Below, one piece after another: positions 28,852 through 39,749 of a DNA stretch of 64,000 bases. Within the stretch, counting starts at the first letter, position 1. The number at the start of each line of letters is the position of its first letter. The notes below the pieces were generated by a model that saw nothing but the letters and a program-made list of their open reading frames with translations, was not told the DNA's origin and made no database searches. Both the position numbers and the translations under genes were made by a program. Source of the stretch: an uncultured Maribacter sp. (GTDB taxonomy: Bacteria; Bacteroidota; Bacteroidia; Flavobacteriales; Flavobacteriaceae); the NCBI RefSeq assembly GCF_963975365.1, contig NZ_CAXBGF010000006.1, forward strand, positions 57,718 to 121,717. Reading direction: 5' to 3'.

Positions 28852-29583
28852 TTAATTTTGTGAAGAAAACGTGTTCTGTGAGAGAATTTTTTTAAGATTA
28901 TCCATGTTTTCTCGGTATGTTTTTGAAAATGGAATGTGTTCATTTACCATTTTTAAAGCACATATCGATTTGCCGAAATTTATTCTAGAGACATAAGTAG
29001 TATTTACAATATAGCTTTGGTGTATGCGCATAAAATTATTGGGTAGTGCATTTTCAAAAGTCTTTAGCGTTTTAAAAGCATTTGTAATGGTGCCATCTTT
29101 CATAAAAAATTCGGTGGTATTATTGTCAGCTTTTAAGTATAGAATGTCATTCGTATTCAGATATTGATAGTCGTTATAAGATTTTAAGCAAAGTGTAACC
29201 GGTGCTTTTTCTTTTGGAACTCTTTTTCTAAGCTTTAATAATGACTTGCGGATATCAAATTCATTATAAGGTTGCAGCCAGTAGTCAAAAAATCCATTTT
29301 TGATAGCGTCGTAAGCGTAATCTTTGGTTTTAGCTATGCCAATTAATATAGGAAGTTGATTTGTGTATTGATGAATTTCCATCACCATTAGAAAAATCGC
29401 TGAATAGTCATTATTAAGATTTATAAAAACAATATCAGGAGTGTATTTAAGAATATCGTTTAAGCCATCGGAAGGATTGGTCGTTGTGTTAATGCAATCA
29501 AAGTCATCATACTCATCCAAAAAAGCATGCAACTGCAAATTTGAAACTGCATCAGAATCAATTATGGTGTACGTATAATTCAA
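28852..29583 (-). CDS. LytTR-family DNA-binding regulator with degenerate (pseudo-)receiver domain
   Basis: C-terminal LytTR domain (ILYLKADNNTTEF...MRIHQSYIVN). The N-terminal receiver fold has N55 in place of the phospho-acceptor Asp and Q104 in place of the conserved Lys. Confidence 0.85.
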   Translation of the reverse strand: MNYTYTIIDSDAVSNLQLHAFLDEYDDFDCINTTTNPSDGLNDILKYTPDIVFINLNNDYSAIFLMVMEIHQYTNQLPILIGIAKTKDYAYDAIKNGFFDYWLQPYNEFDIRKSLLKLRKRVPKEKAPVTLCLKSYNDYQYLNTNDILYLKADNNTTEFFMKDGTITNAFKTLKTFENALPNNFMRIHQSYIVNTTYVSRINFGKSICALKMVNEHIPFSKTYRENMDNLKKILSQNTFSSQN

Positions 29584-29730
29584 AAGATTTAATGTCTACA
29601 ACGAATTTAGAAATAGACTAATCAATTTTCGCCAAGAATGTCCTTATAAAAACAGAGGACATTTTTATAAAATGCCTGTTTATAGGGCTTGTGAGCGAAA
29701 ATTCTGTCAATTATAAGCGTTATATTGACA

Positions 29731-31263
29731 TTATTCTTTTTCTACAGCTTGATAAGCACCTAAATCTGGTGCAGGTATCCTTAGTGTTCCTAAGATATCT
29801 AGAGGGCTAATATTGGCTGCATCCAAATTTCCCTTATTAATAACATCTGAGTCTAAACCAATTCTAAAATCATTCTTTGTGGTTAGAAAATAATCTACTT
29901 CGCCATTCAAAATAATGTCAGAATAAAATTCTGAATCTGTAAAATCATATAGATTGTTCAGTGGTGAATATGGATCGTTTTGAGTGTACCTAATAAAACA
30001 GTTTAGAAAATTAAAATTGAAGCTATTCTGATCATTTGATAGTAAACTTACTTCATTTTGGTGGTTACCATCAATAATACAATTTTTAAAGTCAGCTTTA
30101 ACAAGTTCAAAACCAATTTCTTGGCTATTATTTTTTATTTCTAATGCACTATTATACCTAAATCCCTTATTCCAATAGTTTGCTATCGTAGAGTGAATAA
30201 ATGTATAATTACCTCCATTTTCTATCAAAAGGGAAGAGCTACCAGAATTGCCCAATACTAGATTTTCGGCCTCTAATTTGGCATTTTTTGTCCATAAATT
30301 ATATCTGGTATTATTATAAATATGGCTATTTGCAAGAATTAAAGTAGTTTCAATATCGTTTGATAATCCTTCAACAAATAAACCTATTTCTGCATTTTTA
30401 ATGGTTAAATGGTTTATTGAGTTGTTTTTGCTTCCAGCGCTAATCCATATAGTTCCCCACTGCCCAGGGGTTTCCGAAAATTCAGGTTCAAGCCGGTCTC
30501 CTTCAAAAATAATTTCTCCTTCTAATGCTAAATTATCATCACTTAGCGTGCCATTTACTTTTAATTTACCGCCATCTTGAACTACTAAACCTGAATTTTC
30601 ATGAAAATGAATTCGTGCTCCTGCGTCAATTTTCAATTCTTTCGCACTAGGTATAATTGCATAACCATATATAACATAAGGTTTACTATTGGTGAAGTTT
30701 AATTCTTCATCCAAAAGTTCGAAACCTGATATACGGATAGGGTTTCCTGCATCATCTGTATAGAGATTAATGGCATAGGTTTCAATTTCAGAAATCTCTT
30801 TTGGGTAAAGAAAAATAGCATCTTTAGCCAGCGTAACCAACGCTACCGATTGCTGAAAAGGTTCCTTATCAAATTCAATTGCATCGGTATAAAGTAGTTC
30901 TTTTAAAGAATCATCACTTATATTAATGGTTGTTTCTATTAGAATAAATAAGCTGTCTTGAGCATAAATTGGAATATCATTAAATTCTTTACCAGCAACA
31001 CCATCAACATTTAGTCTATAAAAGCTTTCAGGACCATTTTTAAGGGATATATTTGGAATTATGATATCATCTTTGGTGTCATTGAATACTTTAAGTGTAT
31101 AGGTGCTACTACCTATTGATGAGAAGACCGTATCTAAATAAACCGTATCTTTTGAAAAAGACAAATTTCCATCACTAGGTGTGTATTCAAAATTTTTTCT
31201 GCAGGAAGCACTCCATAAGATACAGAGGAGAATAGAAAAGGCGATTAGTATTCGATTTCGCAC
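29731..31263 (-). CDS. Hypothetical lipoprotein, probable right-handed beta-helix fold
   Basis: Lipoprotein signal (ILLCILWSASC) and repetitive N/G/I-rich segments typical of parallel beta-helix proteins. GTG start. Fold call is tentative. Confidence 0.55.
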   Translation of the reverse strand: MRNRILIAFSILLCILWSASCRKNFEYTPSDGNLSFSKDTVYLDTVFSSIGSSTYTLKVFNDTKDDIIIPNISLKNGPESFYRLNVDGVAGKEFNDIPIYAQDSLFILIETTINISDDSLKELLYTDAIEFDKEPFQQSVALVTLAKDAIFLYPKEISEIETYAINLYTDDAGNPIRISGFELLDEELNFTNSKPYVIYGYAIIPSAKELKIDAGARIHFHENSGLVVQDGGKLKVNGTLSDDNLALEGEIIFEGDRLEPEFSETPGQWGTIWISAGSKNNSINHLTIKNAEIGLFVEGLSNDIETTLILANSHIYNNTRYNLWTKNAKLEAENLVLGNSGSSSLLIENGGNYTFIHSTIANYWNKGFRYNSALEIKNNSQEIGFELVKADFKNCIIDGNHQNEVSLLSNDQNSFNFNFLNCFIRYTQNDPYSPLNNLYDFTDSEFYSDIILNGEVDYFLTTKNDFRIGLDSDVINKGNLDAANISPLDILGTLRIPAPDLGAYQAVEKE

Positions 31264-31288
31264 GTATAGAATATTTTAATAAAATCGA

Positions 31289-31678
31289 TTAAAGAAATAT
31301 TTCTTTGATTTCTTCTGGTATTCGAACAGGTCTAAAGCTTTTACGGTTTAGAAGGCACCATTCGGTACTTGACCGCACCAATAATTTTTTTGTAATACCA
31401 TGATGCATTTCAACTATTCTAATTGATTTTGCTCCAGAGCTTGACTCAATAAAAGTGCTAATCATGATTGGGTCATTTAGAACTGCAGCATTTTTATATT
31501 CTATATGATGACTAAGAACAACCCATATAACTTCCTTTTGCATTTTTGAAGAAGCTTTCGCTTGCCAGTGCTCTTTAGAAATATCTTGAATCCATTGTAC
31601 GTAACGAACATTGTTAACATGGTTTAAATCATCAAGGTCGTCTTCAGAAACTATAACTTCTTTTTTAAATCCGTTCAT
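31289..31678 (-). CDS. Acyl-CoA thioesterase (hotdog fold, 4HBT-like)
   Basis: About 130 aa with the DDLDDLNHVNNVRYVQW motif typical of YbgC/4HBT thioesterases. I prefer the ATG at 31678, which abuts the upstream stop, over 31705. Confidence 0.7.
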   Translation of the reverse strand: MNGFKKEVIVSEDDLDDLNHVNNVRYVQWIQDISKEHWQAKASSKMQKEVIWVVLSHHIEYKNAAVLNDPIMISTFIESSSGAKSIRIVEMHHGITKKLLVRSSTEWCLLNRKSFRPVRIPEEIKEIFL

Positions 31679-31679
31679 T

Positions 31680-32735
31680 CTATTTTTTCTGGATTTGCAC
31701 TTCAAAAATTTTATCCCAAAATTTTCCTGTCACAAAAAATGTCCGACGCTCTTTATGATAAGCAATTCCGTTTAAAACGTAATTTAACTTATCCCAATTT
31801 TCTGTTTTAGTAATTAGATCACTTAATCCACTAAAATTAATAACACCTTCAATTGACCCAGTTTCACTATCAATTATCATTACACTAGGCTTTTGGTACA
31901 CATTGGCATATATTTTTCCATCCACGTATTCAAGTTCATTTGCCGAATTAAAAACTGAAGAGTTGGTGACGATTTCTATATAGCCTTCTTCTGTCATTGT
32001 ATCCGGATTTAAAAACCATATTTTTTCAGTACCATCACTTTTAAATATTTTTTTACCGTCATTGGTTAATCCCCAACCTTCACGGCTTTTACCATATTGA
32101 AAATTGTCTAACTTTTTAAAGGTATCTAAGTCATAAATAAAGCCCAATCCGCTTTTCCAAGTAAGCTGGTAGATTTTATTGTTGAGAATGGTAATACCTT
32201 CGCCAAAATAGCTTTTGTCTAAGTCTATCTGTTTGTATACCTCTCCGGTTTTATAATTTAATTTTCTTAAAAAGGATTGTCCATTTTTCCCCGTACTTTC
32301 ATATAAGGTATCATTATGAAATTCTAAACCTTGGGTATAGGCAGCGGTATCATGTGGGTACTCATTAATAATCGTGTAGGTATATATTTCAGGAGTTTTT
32401 TCTGATAAAACCTTTAAGTTTTTGTTGATTTCAACCGTTTCACCATTAAATGTAATTTTAGCAGTTAAAACTTTATTGCCTAATGTTGATACGTTAATGA
32501 GTAATTTATTATTGTTTAACGGAATTTCTACACCATCAATGCTATAAATTACACTTTCAATCTCTTTTTGTTTTTTGTTATTGATATTAATACCAACTTC
32601 ACTATTTTGATTTACCTGTTTTGCATTTTCAGCTAAATTGATTTCAAAGAGGGAAGAAGCTTTTTGATTTCCGCTACCGCAAGCAATGAAAATACTGAAA
32701 ATTAGAACATTACAAATTAATTTAACTATTCTCAT
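31680..32735 (-). CDS. Glutaminyl-peptide cyclotransferase (beta-propeller type)
   Basis: Lipoprotein signal, an Ig-like N-terminal part, then YPHDTAAYTQGLEFHNDTLYESTGKNGQS...GEGIT...GWGLTNDG, which is typical of plant/bacterial glutamine cyclotransferase. Confidence 0.85.
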   Translation of the reverse strand: MRIVKLICNVLIFSIFIACGSGNQKASSLFEINLAENAKQVNQNSEVGININNKKQKEIESVIYSIDGVEIPLNNNKLLINVSTLGNKVLTAKITFNGETVEINKNLKVLSEKTPEIYTYTIINEYPHDTAAYTQGLEFHNDTLYESTGKNGQSFLRKLNYKTGEVYKQIDLDKSYFGEGITILNNKIYQLTWKSGLGFIYDLDTFKKLDNFQYGKSREGWGLTNDGKKIFKSDGTEKIWFLNPDTMTEEGYIEIVTNSSVFNSANELEYVDGKIYANVYQKPSVMIIDSETGSIEGVINFSGLSDLITKTENWDKLNYVLNGIAYHKERRTFFVTGKFWDKIFEVQIQKK

Positions 32736-32856
32736 TAAGGAAAAGGTATTTAAGATTATATAGTGCTTATGAACAAGAAGTATTCGTGGTTCTTGACAGG
32801 CAATTTAATTCATAAAAATTAGAAAGTAAAAGGATTGGGAAAGATTTAAAAGATTG

Positions 32857-32864
32857 TATATTTG
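32857..32864 (+). promoter_or_regulatory. Candidate -7 box (TATATTTG) for the SRP RNA
   Basis: Exact TAnnTTTG, about 5-7 nt upstream of the predicted 5' end of the RNA. Confidence 0.5.
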
Positions 32865-32867
32865 CAC

Positions 32868-32966
32868 CTGGCAAGTCCTACACGACCAGCTCCTGTAGAA
32901 TCCCCCAGGGCGGGAACGCAGCAAGGGTATACGGTCGTAGCGGTGCGATGTAGGTAGCTTGCCTTT
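32868..32966 (+). ncRNA. ffs: Signal recognition particle RNA (small bacterial 4.5S type)
   Basis: A long hairpin in a 320-nt gap. 5' GGCAAGTCCTACACGACC pairs with 3' GGTCG...TGTAGGTAGCTTGCC. The apical domain-IV signature is CAGG-GCG-GGAA-CGC-AGCA (GNRA tetraloop plus symmetric-loop motifs). It ends in a T-run. Confidence 0.8.
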
Positions 32967-33057
32967 TTTTGTGCCTTAAATTGAAATTATCTAAATTAAG
33001 GTAACATATTCATAACCAATTCAATGTATAGGTTAGCATCGCTTATTTTTCTATAAA

Positions 33058-33864
33058 ATGAAAACAAAGGTAGTTCTAATTACAGGTGGGTCTTCAGGTA
33101 TTGGAAAAGCAATAGGCTTACATCTTAAAGAAAAAGGGTATACGGTATACGGTACTACTCGTAGTGCGTTAAAATATTCTTCATTTAAAGATTTCCCTCT
33201 CTTAGAAATGGATGTTCGTAAAACAGAGACTATAAAATCTTGTGTTGCCACATTGCTTGAAAAAGAATCTCGAATAGATGTTATTGTGAACAATGCTGGT
33301 ATTGGCATTACTGGGCCTTTGGAAGAAACGCCGCATGAAGAGGTGCTTAAGGCATTCGCAACCAATTTTAATGGACCTTTAAGTGTAATAAACGAAGTGC
33401 TGCCAATTATGCGAAAGCAAAAAAACGGGTTAATAATTAATATAACTTCTATAGCCGGTTATATGGGACTCCCTTATAGAGGAATTTATTCAGCCTCGAA
33501 AGCTGCCCTTGAATTAGTAACAGAAAGTTATAGAATGGAAACCAAATCTTTTGGAGTGAAGTTCACTACGTTGGCACCAGGTGATTTTGCGACCAATATT
33601 GCTTCGGGTAGATACCATACTCCTGTTTATGAGAACTCCCCTTACAAAGAAATGTACAAAAATACGCTAGATGCTATCGATTCAGATGTTGACAGTGGAG
33701 GAGACCCTATAGAAGTGGGTAAAAAAGTAGCTAAGATTATTGAAACTAAAAACCCAAAACCTCACTATCAAGTTGGTTCTTTTATTCAAAAATTTTCGTT
33801 AACACTTAAGAGTTTACTGCCAGGTCTCTGGTTCGAGAAAATGTTGGAAAATCACAATTCTTGA
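33058..33864 (+). CDS. SDR-family oxidoreductase
   Basis: TGGSSGIGKA cofactor motif, NNAG and the catalytic YSASKAAL. Confidence 0.9.
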   Translation: MKTKVVLITGGSSGIGKAIGLHLKEKGYTVYGTTRSALKYSSFKDFPLLEMDVRKTETIKSCVATLLEKESRIDVIVNNAGIGITGPLEETPHEEVLKAFATNFNGPLSVINEVLPIMRKQKNGLIINITSIAGYMGLPYRGIYSASKAALELVTESYRMETKSFGVKFTTLAPGDFATNIASGRYHTPVYENSPYKEMYKNTLDAIDSDVDSGGDPIEVGKKVAKIIETKNPKPHYQVGSFIQKFSLTLKSLLPGLWFEKMLENHNS

Positions 33865-33900
33865 TAAACCAGCCTTTAAAGAAGATTTGAGCTGGTCTTA

Positions 33901-35283
33901 CTAATTATAATAGATATTAGAAAAGCCATCTACTATAATAGCATTATCGGTAATTATCGCTTTATTCATTGGATATAAAACAAGTTTCTCTGTCAGTTCT
34001 TTAAAATTTATACTTTGATATTGCAGAGAAGTCTCGACCTGAAGAGTTTTTAGGATTACTTTCCAATCATTGTAATCGGTCTTAATATTAACGCCGATTA
34101 GTTCATAATCCGGTTTTTTCTCCTTTAATTCTGCTACCCTTTTAAAAATCTCTTGATATTGTTTTTTGTTAGATCCCGACCAAAAGTAGAACATCACTTT
34201 TTTGCCTTTCGCAATCTCGTTTAAGGTTTTATTTTCATTGTCAAATGATGCCACCATTAAATTCGGTAACATTTTAGAAGGTTGAAGATTTACAATGCCT
34301 TGGTAAAGGTTCTCAATTTCTTCAATATGCATATTATTTTTAGATACATTCTTAAATTCTGTTAAGAATATTTCTGTGTTTTCTGATGCGTCTTTTCTTT
34401 TAAGTAGATAATCGAAGGCAACATTTCTAAATAAATTGTCTCTCAATTCCTTTTCGACAACTAAACTATCAATTAAGTGTAATTTATGCTTATTAAAATG
34501 TAGTTGCTTACCATCTCCTAAGTTTCCATCTTTGCAGTCATTCAGACAAGACATATAAGATAAATTCCCAAAATGGGCCTTCATGAAATCATAATAAGGC
34601 CTTAAATAAGTAAAATTTTGATTATCAAAATCAAGATTTTTTCTGTAGGAATAAAAATCCTTTGGTAAGTTATGTAAATTTTCTTCCGTAGTTTTTCTTT
34701 TGTGCTGAAAAGGATATATCTCTTTATATCGATTATAAGTATAGTCAATACTTCCTTTAAGTAATTGATAACCGGCATCAGACATGGTGGTTTCTAGCTT
34801 TAATTCATTTAGACGATTAAGCTTGTTATTTCTAAGAGATTTGATTTTATTTAAAAAATCATCAGGCTCTAATTCATAATTTTCAGCATACATTGCTGAG
34901 TCTTCCTCTTCGGCTGCAAGAAATAATTCTAGTAGAAAATTATTTATTTCTTCGTTACTTCCAGAAAATACTAACGATTCATCAAAATAACTAGTATTAA
35001 GTCTTACCATTAAGCTATCTCCTTTTTCTAAATAAACATATTGATATTCTGGTGATAAATTAAAATGGTAAAGCCCGTTTTCTATAGAAGGTAAATTAAA
35101 TTTGAATCGATTATTTTGGTCTAGCTGTGCAGAATCAATTTTTTGTCTGCCTTTCATTAAAATAACTTGGGTGCTCGTAGGATTTACAATTTCCCCGGCA
35201 AATAGCACCGTATCGGAATCTTTTTTCGTTGTAGAACAACCTATTATGAGTACTATGAATGTTGAGAGTAGAATTCTTGTCAT
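33901..35283 (-). CDS. Lipoprotein with C-terminal thioredoxin-like fold lacking CxxC
   Basis: Lipoprotein signal (VLIIGCS). The C-terminal VMFYFWSGSNKKQYQEIF aligns by eye to the FWAxWCxxC region of TlpA/AhpC-like proteins, but both cysteines are absent. Confidence 0.5.
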   Translation of the reverse strand: MTRILLSTFIVLIIGCSTTKKDSDTVLFAGEIVNPTSTQVILMKGRQKIDSAQLDQNNRFKFNLPSIENGLYHFNLSPEYQYVYLEKGDSLMVRLNTSYFDESLVFSGSNEEINNFLLELFLAAEEEDSAMYAENYELEPDDFLNKIKSLRNNKLNRLNELKLETTMSDAGYQLLKGSIDYTYNRYKEIYPFQHKRKTTEENLHNLPKDFYSYRKNLDFDNQNFTYLRPYYDFMKAHFGNLSYMSCLNDCKDGNLGDGKQLHFNKHKLHLIDSLVVEKELRDNLFRNVAFDYLLKRKDASENTEIFLTEFKNVSKNNMHIEEIENLYQGIVNLQPSKMLPNLMVASFDNENKTLNEIAKGKKVMFYFWSGSNKKQYQEIFKRVAELKEKKPDYELIGVNIKTDYNDWKVILKTLQVETSLQYQSINFKELTEKLVLYPMNKAIITDNAIIVDGFSNIYYN

Positions 35284-35429
35284 ATAGTATTATACACTGA
35301 TACCATCCAAAAATAACAAACCTGCTCTCCAGTTGTTGTTAATAGCTAGTTAAATGTTTTTGGGAACATTATTAAAAATCTTTGTGCGAAATTGATGGAA
35401 AACAAGATACTAGAAGGTAATAAATTCAG

Positions 35430-35437
35430 TATTTTTG
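35430..35437 (+). promoter_or_regulatory. Candidate -7 box (TATTTTTG) for the ABC-F gene
   Basis: Exact TAnnTTTG, 26 nt upstream of the ATG at 35463. Confidence 0.4.
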
Positions 35438-35450
35438 CACGGATTTTTAA

Positions 35451-37085
<1,635 letters not shown>

Positions 37086-37117
37086 ACATAGAATAGATTA
37101 ACCCAAATCGATGTTTT

Positions 37118-38236
37118 ATGAAAACCTACAATATAGTGGGTAATTTATAATGGCCTTATGTTTCATTGCATGCGAAAAATTTTTAGAAGAAAATTCTGAA
37201 AAAATAGCTAATGAAGTGCCTGCAAATTAGACTGTGTTTTTGAGTAGTAGCAGTAAATTGAATGCTGTTGTTCTTGGAACTTCGGATGATGAATTTTGTG
37301 AAAAATTCAGTTGCTTCTTTCATCGATATTTCTTCCAATTATGTGAAATTTCGTGATTCGGATAAAATCAGTTTTATTATAAAAACAATTGTGAGGCCAG
37401 TGTACAGTTATATGATGCTGTGAGTAATACCGCCATTTCAAATAAAGTTTTAAAGATTTAGACCCTTGCCCAATAGAAGTTGCTGCAATTACGCATACAG
37501 CCGAGTTAATTTTTATAGCCTACGAACGAGAGCTTCCGGGAAAAGATAAGCAAAACGTAGTGAGGATTATCTCCTTAAGTAGCAACATAGATAATTATAT
37601 AGAAATCTTATTAGATAAAAAACCGTTTGACTTAATCACCTCATTAGACAGATTATTTGTTTTAACTTTAAATGAATATATTACAGATGAGTATCATTTT
37701 TTGGTGTTCGATATATTACGAATCAACAAATTATTGAGATAGATTTAGGATACAATCCTATGAAGCTTTTTAAGAACAGTTCTGAACAAGTAATAATTAG
37801 CTACCCAGAATTGCATACTATTATAGACGCTGTTTCTTTAGATAAAACATATACTTGGTATGGTGATAATACTGCGCCTAATTTTTTAACCACTGACGAT
37901 TCATTAGTGGATTCTAGTGGTAAAATGTATTTTCAAAAGGCAATGCCAAACTCAAGGATAGATATGGTACCGGCTATTTATGATTTTCAAACTAATAATA
38001 AGGTTGTTTATTTGTTTGAAAATTTCTTATCCCATTCTGAATTGAATGTTAAATATAAAATTGCTTCTACAACTTCTATTGGTTATGATGGGCTAAATAA
38101 TTATATGCTTATTGGTTATTAAAAGAAAGGGGAATTGAACAAAGCAGGAATCTTAAGAATAACACCTGCACCAAATTTTAATATAATTGACAATTTTGAT
38201 TTAGAAGGCATTCCACAGAATATTTTTGTGAATTAA
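37118..38236 (+). pseudogene. Decayed lipoprotein gene with several frameshifts and in-frame stops
   Basis: Lipoprotein-type start MKTYNIVGNL / MALCFIACEKF is split by a frameshift, and there is an in-frame TAG at about 37228. Coding-like segments continue in alternating frames (...KFKDLDPCPIEVAAITHTAELIFIAYE...). ORF 37760-38122 continues past an in-frame TAA into KKGELNKAGILRITPAPNFNIIDNFDLEGIPQNIFVN (to 38236). Confidence 0.5.
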
Positions 38237-38248
38237 AAAAGCGATTGC

Positions 38249-38971
38249 TCAACTATTAAAATACTTGCTGTTCCAAATTGCAGGATTAAAGTTCTTACCT
38301 AATGCAAAGCCATAAAATATTACCACTGAAGCAATGCACTTGAACATAAAGAAATTAATAATCAAGAACTCTGTTGTAGAATTAGATTTGGAAAAGAGTC
38401 CATCAGGTATTAAAAGTGTAGCCAGGAAACTAAGAATTAAGACTAAGATAGCTAAGTTTACCATGCCCTTAAATGGCCACATTAACATTTTTCTTAGAGG
38501 ATGTAAATCATTTCCCCACTGGTGAATTAGATAATGATAGCCATTCCCGATTGGGGCAAAAAGTAAAGGGTCATCTTTATCTTCTAACTTAAAAAGTTTA
38601 GAAGGTGCTATAATTTTAAACCCTTTTAGTTTTAAATCGTGCTCCTTTTCTAAGTTTTTTATTTTTGATAATGCTTCGGCTGGAATTTCTCCTTTAAAAT
38701 ATTTAGCATCTAAAAAACGTAATCGGTAATCGATGCAAATTTTCTTAATGTCGTTTATATGGTATATTCTAGAGTTATCTAATAAATTAATATTAAAGTT
38801 ATTGTTCGGCGTACCAATGCTAGTGGTGATATTTTCCTCGATACGTTCCAACTCATTATCTAAGTTGGAAAATAAGAGGTATACCTCTTTAAGTCTATCT
38901 TTTTCTGATATATCTCGAGATAATTTCGTTTTAGTAAGTTTTTTTTCTATGTTAGTTTTAGGTAGTAACAT
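38249..38971 (-). CDS. Hypothetical membrane protein
   Basis: 240-aa ORF with a soluble N-terminal two-thirds and two C-terminal TM helices. No family recognised. Confidence 0.55.
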   Translation of the reverse strand: MLLPKTNIEKKLTKTKLSRDISEKDRLKEVYLLFSNLDNELERIEENITTSIGTPNNNFNINLLDNSRIYHINDIKKICIDYRLRFLDAKYFKGEIPAEALSKIKNLEKEHDLKLKGFKIIAPSKLFKLEDKDDPLLFAPIGNGYHYLIHQWGNDLHPLRKMLMWPFKGMVNLAILVLILSFLATLLIPDGLFSKSNSTTEFLIINFFMFKCIASVVIFYGFALGKNFNPAIWNSKYFNS

Positions 38972-39176
38972 GTCTTTTTTTTAAACAATACATTCAAAGT
39001 TAGCTATTTAAAGAATTTGATTAAATCTTGTTTAATCCAATTAAAAGTTAATAAAATGTTAAAAATTAGATATCAGCTAATTTAGCATAGGTGTATATTA
39101 TTTGATATTGTATTTTGACGATGAAATCGTTCAATTTGTCGATTTTTGAAAAATTTGCCCTTTTAGAACTGATTAT

Positions 39177-39749
39177 ATGAAAAAATGGACATCCCTCGTG
39201 TACTTGTGTGTCCTGTTTTATGGATTTTTATCTTATGCACAGGATAATAAAGTAACACAGGTAAAGCCTGCAGAATCAAAATTTTCTACTTCAGAAAAAT
39301 CGATAATAGAAAGAACCTCATCATTTGAAAATCATTCCACTCTAATGAGGGTATTGAAAGCTGCAAATTTAGATAAGGTTCTAGGCTATAAAGGTAGGTT
39401 TACCGTTTTTGCACCATCTAACCTTGCGTTCGAGAAACTTTCTAAAATTACAATCGATAATTTAAACGACCCAAAGAATAATAAAGCATTAAGAGATATA
39501 CTTTCATATCACATAATTGCAGAAAAACTTTCTGCTTCAACCATTTTAAAAGCGATGTGCCGAGGTAATGGTACCGCAAAGTTTACTACTATGCAAGGGG
39601 ATAAGATAACAGCTACAATGAACGGTATCGATATCGTATTAACCGATAAATCAGGCAACCAAGCTGTTATTGTTACTGCAGATTCAAACCAATCCAATGG
39701 TATTATCCATGAAATTGATACCGTTTTTATGCCTTATAAAATGTTTTAA
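39177..39749 (+). CDS. Fasciclin (FAS1) domain protein, secreted
   Basis: Signal peptide plus FAS1 motifs (FTVFAPSNLAF...YHII...NGIIHEIDTV). Confidence 0.85.
   Translation: MKKWTSLVYLCVLFYGFLSYAQDNKVTQVKPAESKFSTSEKSIIERTSSFENHSTLMRVLKAANLDKVLGYKGRFTVFAPSNLAFEKLSKITIDNLNDPKNNKALRDILSYHIIAEKLSASTILKAMCRGNGTAKFTTMQGDKITATMNGIDIVLTDKSGNQAVIVTADSNQSNGIIHEIDTVFMPYKMF

Noticed and set aside
29637-29666. Hairpin AATGTCCT-(11 nt)-AGGACATT between the beta-helix lipoprotein gene and the LytTR gene as a terminator
   Set aside because: The T-run follows the stem only on the + strand, whereas both flanking genes are on the minus strand. The orientation does not fit a simple intrinsic terminator, so I did not call it.
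33051-33365. 104-aa minus-strand ORF opposite the 5' end of the SDR gene
   Set aside because: It is the mirror frame of a gene with clear TGGSSGIGKA/NNAG motifs. It has no independent signals.
37560-38122. ORFs 37560-37742 and 37760-38122 as independent small genes
   Set aside because: Both frames stay open beyond their nominal starts or stops and connect to neighbouring coding-like fragments. They are better explained as pieces of one decayed lipoprotein gene.
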